Assembly: GCA_011525385.1 (NCBI GenBank)
Contig: WTGF01000121.1
Coordinates: forward strand, 492-64,491
DNA length: 64,000 nt
Source of the DNA: Chloroflexota bacterium
GTDB lineage: Bacteria > Chloroflexota > Anaerolineae > Aggregatilineales > Phototrophicaceae
Reading direction: 5' to 3'
A program made the position numbers and the translations under genes. The first letter of the stretch is position 1; every line of letters starts with the position of its first letter. Positions 50,471 to 58,131 of this stretch are shown here, piece by piece. The notes below the pieces were generated by a model. That model was not told where the DNA came from and made no database searches. It worked only from the letters and a program-made list of their open reading frames with translations.

Positions 50471-50535
50471 CACCACAAATCCACAGGTTTTTTTCATTTG
50501 ATTCTCTGTGCCCTCTGCGCCTCTGTGGCGAAATC
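50471..50535 (+). repeat. Cargo-less copy of the repeat family (both arms)
   Basis: Left arm CACCACAAATCCACAGG (50471-50487), a T-run, then right arm TTCTCTGTGCCCTCTGCGCCTCTGTGGCGAAATC (50503-50535). Confidence 0.55.
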
Positions 50536-50674
50536 AAAGAAATATTTGAAAAATTCCGCAAATCCGCCATAATAGTGCATACAGTCGCAGGTCGTGGCTC
50601 GCGGCGTTAGGTCGAGTGAACCTATCGAAAAGTGCCTGGTGTGCTGAACGCATATTAGATAGGAGACACTTCTG

Positions 50675-53404
50675 ATGATTGAATTCATGCTTAACGGACA
50701 AGTGACACAGTACGACGGCGACCCCGCCCGCCCACTGATGAACGTCCTGCGCGAGGACCTGGGCATCATCTCTCCCAAAGACGGCTGCGCCCCGCAAGCC
50801 GCTTGCGGCTGCTGCGTGGTGCAGGTCGATGACAAAGCATTGCTCTCCTGCGTCACCAAAATGGAAAAGATCGCCGGCAAGTCGGTGACGACCACCGAAG
50901 GGTTGGGCGAATATCGACAGAACGTTTTTGCCAACGCCTTTGTGACCGAGGGCGGTGTGCAATGCGGCTTTTGCATCCCTGGCATCGTCATGCAAGCCAA
51001 CAACCTGATCAACCACAATCCCGATCCGTCGCGCGCCGAGATCGAAAAGGCGCTCACGCCGCACCTCTGCCGCTGCACCGGTTACAAGAAAATTGTCAAT
51101 GCCATCGAGACGGCCGCCGACGCCATCCGCAACGAAGAAGAAGTGCCGATTCCGGAATGCGACGGGCGCATCGGCTCGCGCCTGCCCAAATATCAGGCGG
51201 GCGACCTGGTGCTGGGGCAGCATCGCTATGTCGATGACATCCGCATGGAAGGCCTGCGCATCGGCGCGCTCAAGTTCAGCGATCATCCGCGCGCGGTTGT
51301 CAAGTCGATGGACCTGAGCACAGCATTGGCGCATCCGGGCGTCATCCGCATCTTCACCGCCGAGGACGTGCCCGGCGACCGGCATATCGGCTTGATCAAG
51401 CAGGACTGGCCGCTGATGATCGGCGTGGGCGAAACCACCCGCTATGTCGGCGATGTGCTGGCGCTGGTGGTCGCGGAAAGCGACGCTATCGCGCGGGAAG
51501 CGGTCGAACTGATCGATATCGACTATGAAATCCTGGAAGCGGTCACCGATATGCACGCCGCGCTTGATGCCGAAAGCCCCTCCGTGCATGAAGGCGGCAA
51601 CGTGCTGTCGCAATCCATCACCAATCGCGGCGATCTGGAAACGGCAATGGCGGAATCGGCATACACGACCACGGGCGTTTACGAGACACAGATGATCGAA
51701 CACGGCTTCATGGAACCGGAAGCCTGCATCGCTTATCCTACCCCCCCTAAATCTTCCCCGAAGCATCAGGGGGGACATGGAACTTCACTTCAATCTTCCC
51801 CCCATCGCTATGGGGGGACCGAGGGGGGTGGAATAGAAGTGCTGTCCCAGGGGCAAGGCGTCTTCGAGGATCGCGTGCAAATTGCCAAGCTGCTCGGCTT
51901 GCCGCAAGCCGACGTGAATGTTGTACTGGTCTCCAACGGCGGCGCATTCGGCGGCAAGGAAGACCTCTCGGTACAGGGTCACGCGGCCCTGGCAGCCTAT
52001 CTCATGGGCGAGCCGGTCAAAGTGCGCCTGACCCGCGACGAATCGATCATCATGCACCCCAAGCGCCATCCGATCTGGATGGAGTACACCATCGGCTGCG
52101 ACGAAAATGGCATGTTGACCTTCTGCAAGGGACGTTTCGTCGGCGATACCGGCGCTTACGCCTCGGTCGGCATGAAGGTGCTGGAACGCTCGGCGGGCCA
52201 TGCCACCGGCGCCTACAACTTCCCGGTCACCGATATCGAAAGCACAGCCGTCTATACCAACAACCTGCCCTGCGGCGCCATGCGCGGTTTCGGCGTCAAC
52301 CAAACCGCCTTCGCCCTGGAAAGCTGCATTGACGACCTCTGTGAACAAGGTGGCTTCGACCGCTGGGAATTCCGCTACAAGAACGCGCTGGACGACGGTG
52401 ATATGACCGCCACCGGTCAGGTCATCGAGGCGGGCGCCGGCGCCAAAGCCACGCTGGAAGCGGTCAAAAACGAATTCCGCGACGCCAAGTTTGCCGGCAT
52501 CGCCTGTGGCATCAAAAACACCGGCATCGGCAATGGCATGCCCGACTCGTCCCAGGTCACGGTCAGCGTGGTCGCTAACCCCCATCCTAAATCCCTCTCT
52601 CAAGGGGGTGCCAAAGTCGTCATCGATCATGGCTGGACGGAAATGGGACAAGGCGTGCATACTATGGCGGTGCAGGCGCTGGTGACCGAAACCGGCCTTG
52701 ATCCGGGGCTGGTCGAGGTCCGCGTCGAGACCGAGTCCGAGATGGTCACCGGCATGACCACCGCTTCGCGGGCCACCTCGCTGATCGGCAACGCCATCAT
52801 CGACGCCTGCCGCGAGTTCAAGGCCGACCTGGAGCAGCACTCCCTGGAGGAACTCGTCGGCAAGCGCTACGTCGGCGCTTTCACGGTGGACTGGACCACC
52901 AAGCCCGGCGCCATGGTCGAGAAGGTCTACACCCATTACAGCTACAGCTACGCCACGCAAGTGGTGATTCTGGACGAGGCCGGTCAAGTGGAAAAGATCA
53001 TCGCCGCGCATGACGCCGGCAAGATCTTCAATCCCACGCTCTTCGAGGGTCAACTAGAAGGCTCAATCCACATGGGCCTGGGATATGCGATCAGCGAGGA
53101 CTTGCCGATGGAGGACGGCCGACCCAAGAGCACCATGCTGCGTAAATGTGGCATCTTGCGCGCTCGGGATATGCCGGAGATGGAAGTGATCGGCGTCGAA
53201 GTGCCCGATCCCTACGGACCCTACGGCGCCAAAGGCGTGGGCGAGATCGGCCTGGTGCCGACCGCGGGCGCCGTCGCCAACGCGCTTTACCAGTTCGACG
53301 GGGTGCGCCGTCACAAATTGCCCATGAAGCTGCCGCGCAAGCGCCCGCAACGGCGATCCAACGGGCGCAATGGCAGCAATGGAAGTAACGGCGCTAAGCG
53401 CTGA
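50675..53404 (+). CDS. Mop-type aldehyde oxidoreductase: fused double [2Fe-2S] domain plus molybdopterin-binding domain, no FAD domain
   Basis: N-terminal CAPQAACGCC, CGFCIPG and CRCTGY clusters, then an aldehyde oxidase/xanthine dehydrogenase-like Mo domain (FMEPEA, GGAFGGKE, EMGQG). 909 aa. TAGGAG upstream of the ATG. Confidence 0.88.
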   Translation: MIEFMLNGQVTQYDGDPARPLMNVLREDLGIISPKDGCAPQAACGCCVVQVDDKALLSCVTKMEKIAGKSVTTTEGLGEYRQNVFANAFVTEGGVQCGFCIPGIVMQANNLINHNPDPSRAEIEKALTPHLCRCTGYKKIVNAIETAADAIRNEEEVPIPECDGRIGSRLPKYQAGDLVLGQHRYVDDIRMEGLRIGALKFSDHPRAVVKSMDLSTALAHPGVIRIFTAEDVPGDRHIGLIKQDWPLMIGVGETTRYVGDVLALVVAESDAIAREAVELIDIDYEILEAVTDMHAALDAESPSVHEGGNVLSQSITNRGDLETAMAESAYTTTGVYETQMIEHGFMEPEACIAYPTPPKSSPKHQGGHGTSLQSSPHRYGGTEGGGIEVLSQGQGVFEDRVQIAKLLGLPQADVNVVLVSNGGAFGGKEDLSVQGHAALAAYLMGEPVKVRLTRDESIIMHPKRHPIWMEYTIGCDENGMLTFCKGRFVGDTGAYASVGMKVLERSAGHATGAYNFPVTDIESTAVYTNNLPCGAMRGFGVNQTAFALESCIDDLCEQGGFDRWEFRYKNALDDGDMTATGQVIEAGAGAKATLEAVKNEFRDAKFAGIACGIKNTGIGNGMPDSSQVTVSVVANPHPKSLSQGGAKVVIDHGWTEMGQGVHTMAVQALVTETGLDPGLVEVRVETESEMVTGMTTASRATSLIGNAIIDACREFKADLEQHSLEELVGKRYVGAFTVDWTTKPGAMVEKVYTHYSYSYATQVVILDEAGQVEKIIAAHDAGKIFNPTLFEGQLEGSIHMGLGYAISEDLPMEDGRPKSTMLRKCGILRARDMPEMEVIGVEVPDPYGPYGAKGVGEIGLVPTAGAVANALYQFDGVRRHKLPMKLPRKRPQRRSNGRNGSNGSNGAKR
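51741..51828 (+). repeat. Two tandem in-frame C-tract/G-tract palindromic elements inside the Mop CDS
   Basis: Copy 1 (51741-51775): CCCCCCCTAAATCTTCCCCGAAGCATCAGGGGGGA. Copy 2 (51788-51818): CTTCAATCTTCCCCCCATCGCTATGGGGGGA, with a 9-bp perfect stem. An extra G6 tract lies at 51823-51828. Confidence 0.75.
52578..52609 (+). repeat. Degenerate in-frame copy of the same palindromic element inside the Mop CDS
   Basis: ACCCCCATCCTAAATCCCTCTCTCAAGGGGGT. It translates as NPHPKSLSQGG. Confidence 0.6.
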
Positions 53405-53423
53405 CAATGCAAAACGATTTCAC

Positions 53424-53444
53424 GGGCGACTCATCGGGTCGCCC
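53424..53444 (+). terminator. GGGCGAC-family hairpin 20 nt after the Mop stop
   Basis: GGGCGAC-TCATCGG-GTCGCCC. No U-tract follows. Confidence 0.4.
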
Positions 53445-53673
53445 TCCCACACTTTCGCCAGTGTGTATATTTGGTCGCCTCTTCAACAGAGATTTCTGTT
53501 ATGGTTGCCGATATACATGTCGTCGGCATTCGTCAGAATTGCCTTGCTCGTATGATCCTGCGGTGGCGAATGCAATCGAAAAACAGATACATCACGAGGG
53601 AACAAATGTCAAAAATATGACTGACATTGGTAGTTACAGACATCTAAACTCAGTTTCTACACATTTACCAAAT

Positions 53674-53707
53674 GTTGCATCTATGCAACTGTTTAGGTTA
53701 CTATAAT
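53674..53707 (+). promoter_or_regulatory. Palindrome plus -10-like hexamer upstream of the three-gene hic cassette
   Basis: GTTGCAT-CT-ATGCAAC (53674-53689), then TATAAT (53702-53707), about 80 nt before the ATG at 53786. No good -35 seen. Confidence 0.35.
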
Positions 53708-53785
53708 GTGCCTCATACGTTTGTAGTATATGATGCAGTAAACTCGGGAGCGGAAATATAGTAATCGCTGCAAAGAGTTGAAAAC

Positions 53786-54190
53786 ATGAAAATCAATACC
53801 GTGCTAGTAGCAGATTACGCCATGGTTGATCCTTCAGATGGTAAGTTGGACATACTCGGTGTATTTCGACGGATTACCGCGGATTATTTTCCCGTCACGT
53901 TACGTCGGATCTGTTTTGTTGTAATTGTTCAACTAGATCCGGATGAGACGACCGACTCCTATCGTTTCGAAGCGTTCATGGAGGATGCAGAGGGCGAGAC
54001 TGTCACCACTCTTGAAGCCACATATGAATTCCCAGAAAGTACAGCAAGTCTGCCTGAACCACATGGCGTAATCTATGAGTTCACCGAACCAACATTTGAT
54101 GTCCCAGGAGAATACCGGTTCGGCGTACGGTTGAATGACGGTGAGATTACAGAATCAGTAGTAATTGAAGTTGTACAACGTGAGAAGTAA
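53786..54190 (+). CDS. hypothetical protein (134 aa), first gene of the hicAB cassette
   Basis: ATG ORF whose TAA stop (54188-54190) is immediately followed by the hicA ATG. AT-rich. Beta-rich, acidic sequence. No family identified with confidence. Confidence 0.65.
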   Translation: MKINTVLVADYAMVDPSDGKLDILGVFRRITADYFPVTLRRICFVVIVQLDPDETTDSYRFEAFMEDAEGETVTTLEATYEFPESTASLPEPHGVIYEFTEPTFDVPGEYRFGVRLNDGEITESVVIEVVQREK

Positions 54191-54448
54191 ATGCCCGGGA
54201 AGGCTGATAAGAAACTGGAACAGATGCGCCAGCATCCTCGTAACTGGGCGAGACGCGATGTTGTAAGAGTACTGCGGTGGAAAGGATTCATTGAGGACAC
54301 GGAACGCGGACGCGGGAGTCATGTCATGTTTTATCACAAAGAATTCGAGGATTTGGATCTGTTTTTGCCGTCTGATGACCCAGTAGCGATTTATGTAGTA
54401 AAACAGTTGCTTGCATTAGCTGAAGAATTACGTAAGAGAGGAGCTTAG
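54191..54448 (+). CDS. hicA: HicA family toxin (mRNA interferase-like)
   Basis: 85 aa with the HicA-like core VLRWKGFIEDTERGRGSHVMFYH (GSH motif). Followed 2 nt later by hicB. Confidence 0.7.
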   Translation: MPGKADKKLEQMRQHPRNWARRDVVRVLRWKGFIEDTERGRGSHVMFYHKEFEDLDLFLPSDDPVAIYVVKQLLALAEELRKRGA

Positions 54449-54450
54449 AC

Positions 54451-54864
54451 ATGGATCAGGCACTGCTCAAAAAGGCTAAAGTTTTGGCAGCGCGCGGTTA
54501 TCAAGTTCAAGTTCAGAAGGAAGACGGTGAAGACGGTAGACCAGTATGGGTTGCCTATGTACCCGAAATGCCGTCGTGCGTAGCATTGGGGGATTCAACG
54601 AAAAGTGCAAAAGAAGCTCTGAAGATTGTAAGAGAAGATTACATCTATTTCCGACTCAAGCGAGGCGCATCTGTGCCAGAGCCGAAGCCCGTGCCGCGTG
54701 ATGCTACAATAAAGGTTGAGATTTATGAACGTCCTCGGCGGACGACATCGACCCAGGCGACTGATGCAGTTGGTAGTAGGTTGTGGTCGAACCAATCGAA
54801 TGCTATTACTAGCCAGCCTGCGGCGGCTTTGACTAGCAAAACTATGAATCAGCGAACGCGTTGA
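54451..54864 (+). CDS. hicB: HicB family antitoxin
   Basis: N-terminal HicB-like fold signature YQVQVQKEDGEDGRPVWVAYVPEMPSCVALGDSTKSAKEALKIVRED. The C-terminal half is low-complexity with no obvious DNA-binding domain. Confidence 0.7.
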   Translation: MDQALLKKAKVLAARGYQVQVQKEDGEDGRPVWVAYVPEMPSCVALGDSTKSAKEALKIVREDYIYFRLKRGASVPEPKPVPRDATIKVEIYERPRRTTSTQATDAVGSRLWSNQSNAITSQPAAALTSKTMNQRTR

Positions 54865-54928
54865 CTTGGCTTATCTACTACGCAGGGCTTTGGCGACCCG
54901 CGTCTCGGATATGTTAATTGACTTTCCG

Positions 54929-55498
54929 TCAACTCGGAAAGATATCACCCACCCGCAACTCGAAGCCAGGCAACACATCCTCTCCGGACAGCGCATCCTC
55001 CTCGTAAAGCGTCTTGGCGCCGCTTGAGGTATGCGCCACGACCGAGCAATTCTCGGGATATACAACCCAGATGAGAAGCGTGCCCGCGTTCAGAAGCTGC
55101 GTCACTTTCAAATGTGTGTCGCTCGTCTTGTTATTGGGCGAAATGACCTCGACGGCAAGATCGGGACCCGTCTCGTACCAGGTGTAGTCCGGCGGCGTCG
55201 GCAATCGCTCGTTGTTGACGAAAGCGATGTCTAAACCCCGAACGGTGTCGCGACCATAAGCATTGCGTTCAAGCACAAAGCCGGTGTCGCCGACAACGAC
55301 CGCGCCCAGTTCACGCGCGTCCACGAAGTTGGCGATTTTGAGAGCCAGGCGCATCGTAACCAAGCCGTGTATCCATGTAGGCTTTGACATCTCGACGAGT
55401 TCCCCTTCCACGAGTTCCAGGACGTGATCTTGATATTGTGGCTGTTCCACCATCTCGAGAAAGCGATCAGCCGTGATGTACTGCTGTTGAACGACCAT
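54929..55498 (-). CDS. Uma2 family endonuclease (DUF820, restriction-endonuclease-like fold)
   Basis: Typical ELVEGELVEMSKP, GDTGFVL and PDLAVEVISPNN blocks. ATG 55498 preferred over the GTG track start 55507. Confidence 0.78.
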   Translation of the reverse strand: MVVQQQYITADRFLEMVEQPQYQDHVLELVEGELVEMSKPTWIHGLVTMRLALKIANFVDARELGAVVVGDTGFVLERNAYGRDTVRGLDIAFVNNERLPTPPDYTWYETGPDLAVEVISPNNKTSDTHLKVTQLLNAGTLLIWVVYPENCSVVAHTSSGAKTLYEEDALSGEDVLPGFELRVGDIFPS

Positions 55499-55632
55499 TT
55501 TACGCACGAACCTTTCAGCAACCTTGCTGGCGCATCAATTGTACCAGTTGACCATGCCAATACAAAACGCGGGAAACGCACCTCATCCCGGGCGGCGCAT
55601 GACCGTTGGGAGAGTCATCGTTGTCACTTGCT

Positions 55633-56550
55633 TCACAGCGCCCGGATCTTATGGAACAAGTCACGGAAGATGGGATCGCGATGGACGAAATTGGCGACCC
55701 GCGCCAGATGCCGCGACTGATCGACGCTCCAGGTGACCTGGTCGGTAAGCACGGGACTATGTACGAGATTGCTCGGCGCCCAGTCGCTGTTGAGCAGCCA
55801 GGCTATGGTCGAGATGTCCCATATCACGCTAGAGGCCCCAAAAGAATCGGGGCGATATTCTTTGAATATCTGGCAAAGGTAATCGCCAACCGGATTGGTC
55901 CCGCCGATGGTCGCTTGCAGTTCTGGCAGCGTGGTCAGCAGGTGAGAGGTCACGCCCATGCAGGGCACGATCACAAAGGGCACGCCGCTGTCGAGCGCAA
56001 CCTGCGCTGCCGGCACATCCTGCGCCAGATTGAACTCGCGCGTATGAGGCCAGTTCAAATGATGCCCGCCCAGCCAGACCACCACGATATGATTGATGAT
56101 CTCCGGTTCCAGCAGCAGCGCGGAAGCCACGTTAGTGATTGCGCCGATGGCGACGACGTAGAGCGGGTCGTCGGCCGGGCTGGCAAGCGCCTTGTCGATG
56201 AGATCGCGGACGGCGGCGTTGTCTTGCGGCTGGCGGGCTGCGCCGACGTACTCGGTAGAGCCGCGGAAGGCAAAGCCGTCGGCAGCGACGCCGAGGAAGT
56301 CCAGCAGGCGCAGGATCTCGTCGTAGCTTTTTTCCATGCCATCGCCGGGACCGCTGGAGCGGTTGTTGTGAAAGGGCGCGGCATAAATCGCCTCGACAGA
56401 GAGCCGCTCCGGCGAGAGCAGCGCATATACAAGCGCGAACTGGTCATCAATCTCGTTATAAGTATCAGTATCGAGCACCATGCGTACCTTGCGTTCAGGG
56501 TGCTGCAAGCGGCGAATGCGGAATTCTTCACTCAGTATTGGGAAAGACAT
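55633..56550 (-). CDS. nucleoside hydrolase (inosine/uridine-preferring family)
   Basis: N-terminal Asp cluster LDTDTYNEIDDQFAL. 305 aa. The overlapping plus-strand 330-aa ORF is rejected as a shadow. Confidence 0.8.
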   Translation of the reverse strand: MSFPILSEEFRIRRLQHPERKVRMVLDTDTYNEIDDQFALVYALLSPERLSVEAIYAAPFHNNRSSGPGDGMEKSYDEILRLLDFLGVAADGFAFRGSTEYVGAARQPQDNAAVRDLIDKALASPADDPLYVVAIGAITNVASALLLEPEIINHIVVVWLGGHHLNWPHTREFNLAQDVPAAQVALDSGVPFVIVPCMGVTSHLLTTLPELQATIGGTNPVGDYLCQIFKEYRPDSFGASSVIWDISTIAWLLNSDWAPSNLVHSPVLTDQVTWSVDQSRHLARVANFVHRDPIFRDLFHKIRAL

Positions 56551-56580
56551 CGAAAGTTCCTAACTCGTTTCAGGAGACGT

Positions 56581-56608
56581 AAAACGGGCGGGCCATGAAC
56601 CCGCCCGT
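56581..56608 (-). terminator. Rho-independent-like terminator after the first LivK-like binding-protein gene
   Basis: 9-bp perfect stem ACGGGCGGG / CCCGCCCGT with a 7-nt loop. On the minus strand it is followed by TTT. Lies 44 nt downstream of the stop at 56652. Confidence 0.55.
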
Positions 56609-56651
56609 CAGTCCGAACGATTATAGCGCCTTTATGGCGCCAGGGACAAAA

Positions 56652-57986
56652 TCAGGGCGTCGTCCCGTATTCAATATAGCTCGTGCCGTGCGTCTGATAG
56701 AGCGGCGGATAAACCACGGCGGCGTCGAGCGCGTCTTGCCCCTGCTCGAAGTATTGCATGACGGCCACGATCGGATCGGGCCATTGGTGCCACATATACG
56801 TGGGCGTACCCTCGGGCAATTCAGGATTGTGGCTGCCATACTCGAAGTAGTAGCGCCCTTGCGAGAATTCGACATCAATCGTTTCCAGCACAGCTACGAT
56901 CGCGTCCGGATCGGTGAAAGTATCGGCCAGGCCCATCGCATGCGCCATCAGGCGGACGCTATCATAGGGCTCCATCACAAAGCTTGGCGCGACGCCGCCA
57001 AAAGCTTCAGCATATCTCGCGTTCAGCTCGTTGGCCAAATCACCAAACTGCACAGGCGTGATACCGACGCGATCAAAGACGCAGTAATTGCCGTCGGGTA
57101 CATTGTCCCAGAATTGCTCGGAATCGACAGCGATGTAACCGGCGATACAGATGGTGTCTTCCGTGGGGGCGACCCCAAGCTCCGCCATCTGCTGTACGAG
57201 GTTGAAGGAGGTTTCGCCCGTGACCAGCAGTCGAATGACATCGGGAGGTTCGGGCCGGGCAAGGATACGGCCGAGTATGGGAACAAAGTCTTCGGTCCCC
57301 AATTCCACATCATACTGCTCGACGGTGAAACCGGCCGGCTCCAGGCGCGCTCTCAAGTCTGCGGCGGCCGGACGACCGTAATCCGTATTCTCGGCGATCA
57401 AGACAGCATCGTCATGGCCCAGAGAGATCAGCCACTCGGCGATGATAGCGCCGACCATGGCATTGGCCGGCGATATCCGAAATACATAATCGACGCCGTC
57501 GTCAATTCGCGGCGGCCGCCCTTCGAAGTCAATGATCCCGTTGGCAGTGATGTTGTCGTTCCAGGGGCCGGCGAACAGAGTCGGGATGCGATGCTCTTGG
57601 GTGATGCGCATGACAGCCAAGGCCACCGCGCTATGGTAACCCCCAACAACCGCGTGAACGCCATCGTCCAAAATCCAGCGCTCGGCCACGGCTTGCCCAC
57701 GTTCGGATATGCCTTCCGAATCACCCGTGAGAACCTTCACGCGATGATTAACACCGTTGATTGCGACGCCGCAAGCGGCATTGATGTCTGCCTCCGCCTG
57801 CTGGTAAGACCAATCAATGACGACGCCGGCCCCGGTCGCGCCCGGCGCCGATAGCGGCGCAATACCGCCGAACTTTATGACCTCATCAGCAAAATCGCAA
57901 TGTCCGTCGGCGTAAACGCCTCCCATCGGCGCGAGCATGATCAGCAGCGCCGCGCAGATTATCCAAAACAGTTTCTTGAAACTCAT
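56652..57986 (-). CDS. ABC transporter substrate-binding protein (LivK / Peripla_BP_6-like), paralog 1
   Basis: Signal peptide, then a type I periplasmic binding fold-like sequence. GAGGAGG 5 nt upstream of the ATG. Roughly 60% identical by eye to the next two genes. Confidence 0.82.
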   Translation of the reverse strand: MSFKKLFWIICAALLIMLAPMGGVYADGHCDFADEVIKFGGIAPLSAPGATGAGVVIDWSYQQAEADINAACGVAINGVNHRVKVLTGDSEGISERGQAVAERWILDDGVHAVVGGYHSAVALAVMRITQEHRIPTLFAGPWNDNITANGIIDFEGRPPRIDDGVDYVFRISPANAMVGAIIAEWLISLGHDDAVLIAENTDYGRPAAADLRARLEPAGFTVEQYDVELGTEDFVPILGRILARPEPPDVIRLLVTGETSFNLVQQMAELGVAPTEDTICIAGYIAVDSEQFWDNVPDGNYCVFDRVGITPVQFGDLANELNARYAEAFGGVAPSFVMEPYDSVRLMAHAMGLADTFTDPDAIVAVLETIDVEFSQGRYYFEYGSHNPELPEGTPTYMWHQWPDPIVAVMQYFEQGQDALDAAVVYPPLYQTHGTSYIEYGTTP

Positions 57987-58131
57987 TACGTCCTCCTCGT
58001 CCCGAAGAATATTTTGATTGTGCTTTCATCTATTGCGATATTACTATCTTAATGGCAGCGATATGAACAAAGCAAGCGAAATAGTAATAGTCAGGGCGGG
58101 AAGGCATCCCCCGGGCCAACGTCGCATGTGG

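Noticed and set aside
50318-50674. Possible Moco riboswitch or other leader upstream of the molybdoenzyme gene
   Set aside because: The long 5' region invited the idea, but I could not recognise conserved Moco-motif elements by eye. Part of the region is explained by the dispersed repeat. It needs a cmscan against Rfam.
50534-53053. 414-aa and 422-aa minus-strand ORFs opposite the Mop gene
   Set aside because: Both lie antisense to a 909-aa ORF with clear Fe-S and molybdopterin-domain motifs, and neither has a recognisable motif.
55606-57854. 330-aa and 419-aa plus-strand ORFs opposite the nucleoside hydrolase and binding-protein paralog 1
   Set aside because: The minus-strand products have family motifs, signal peptides and Shine-Dalgarno sites. 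The plus-strand products are Arg/Gly/Asp-rich with no motifs.
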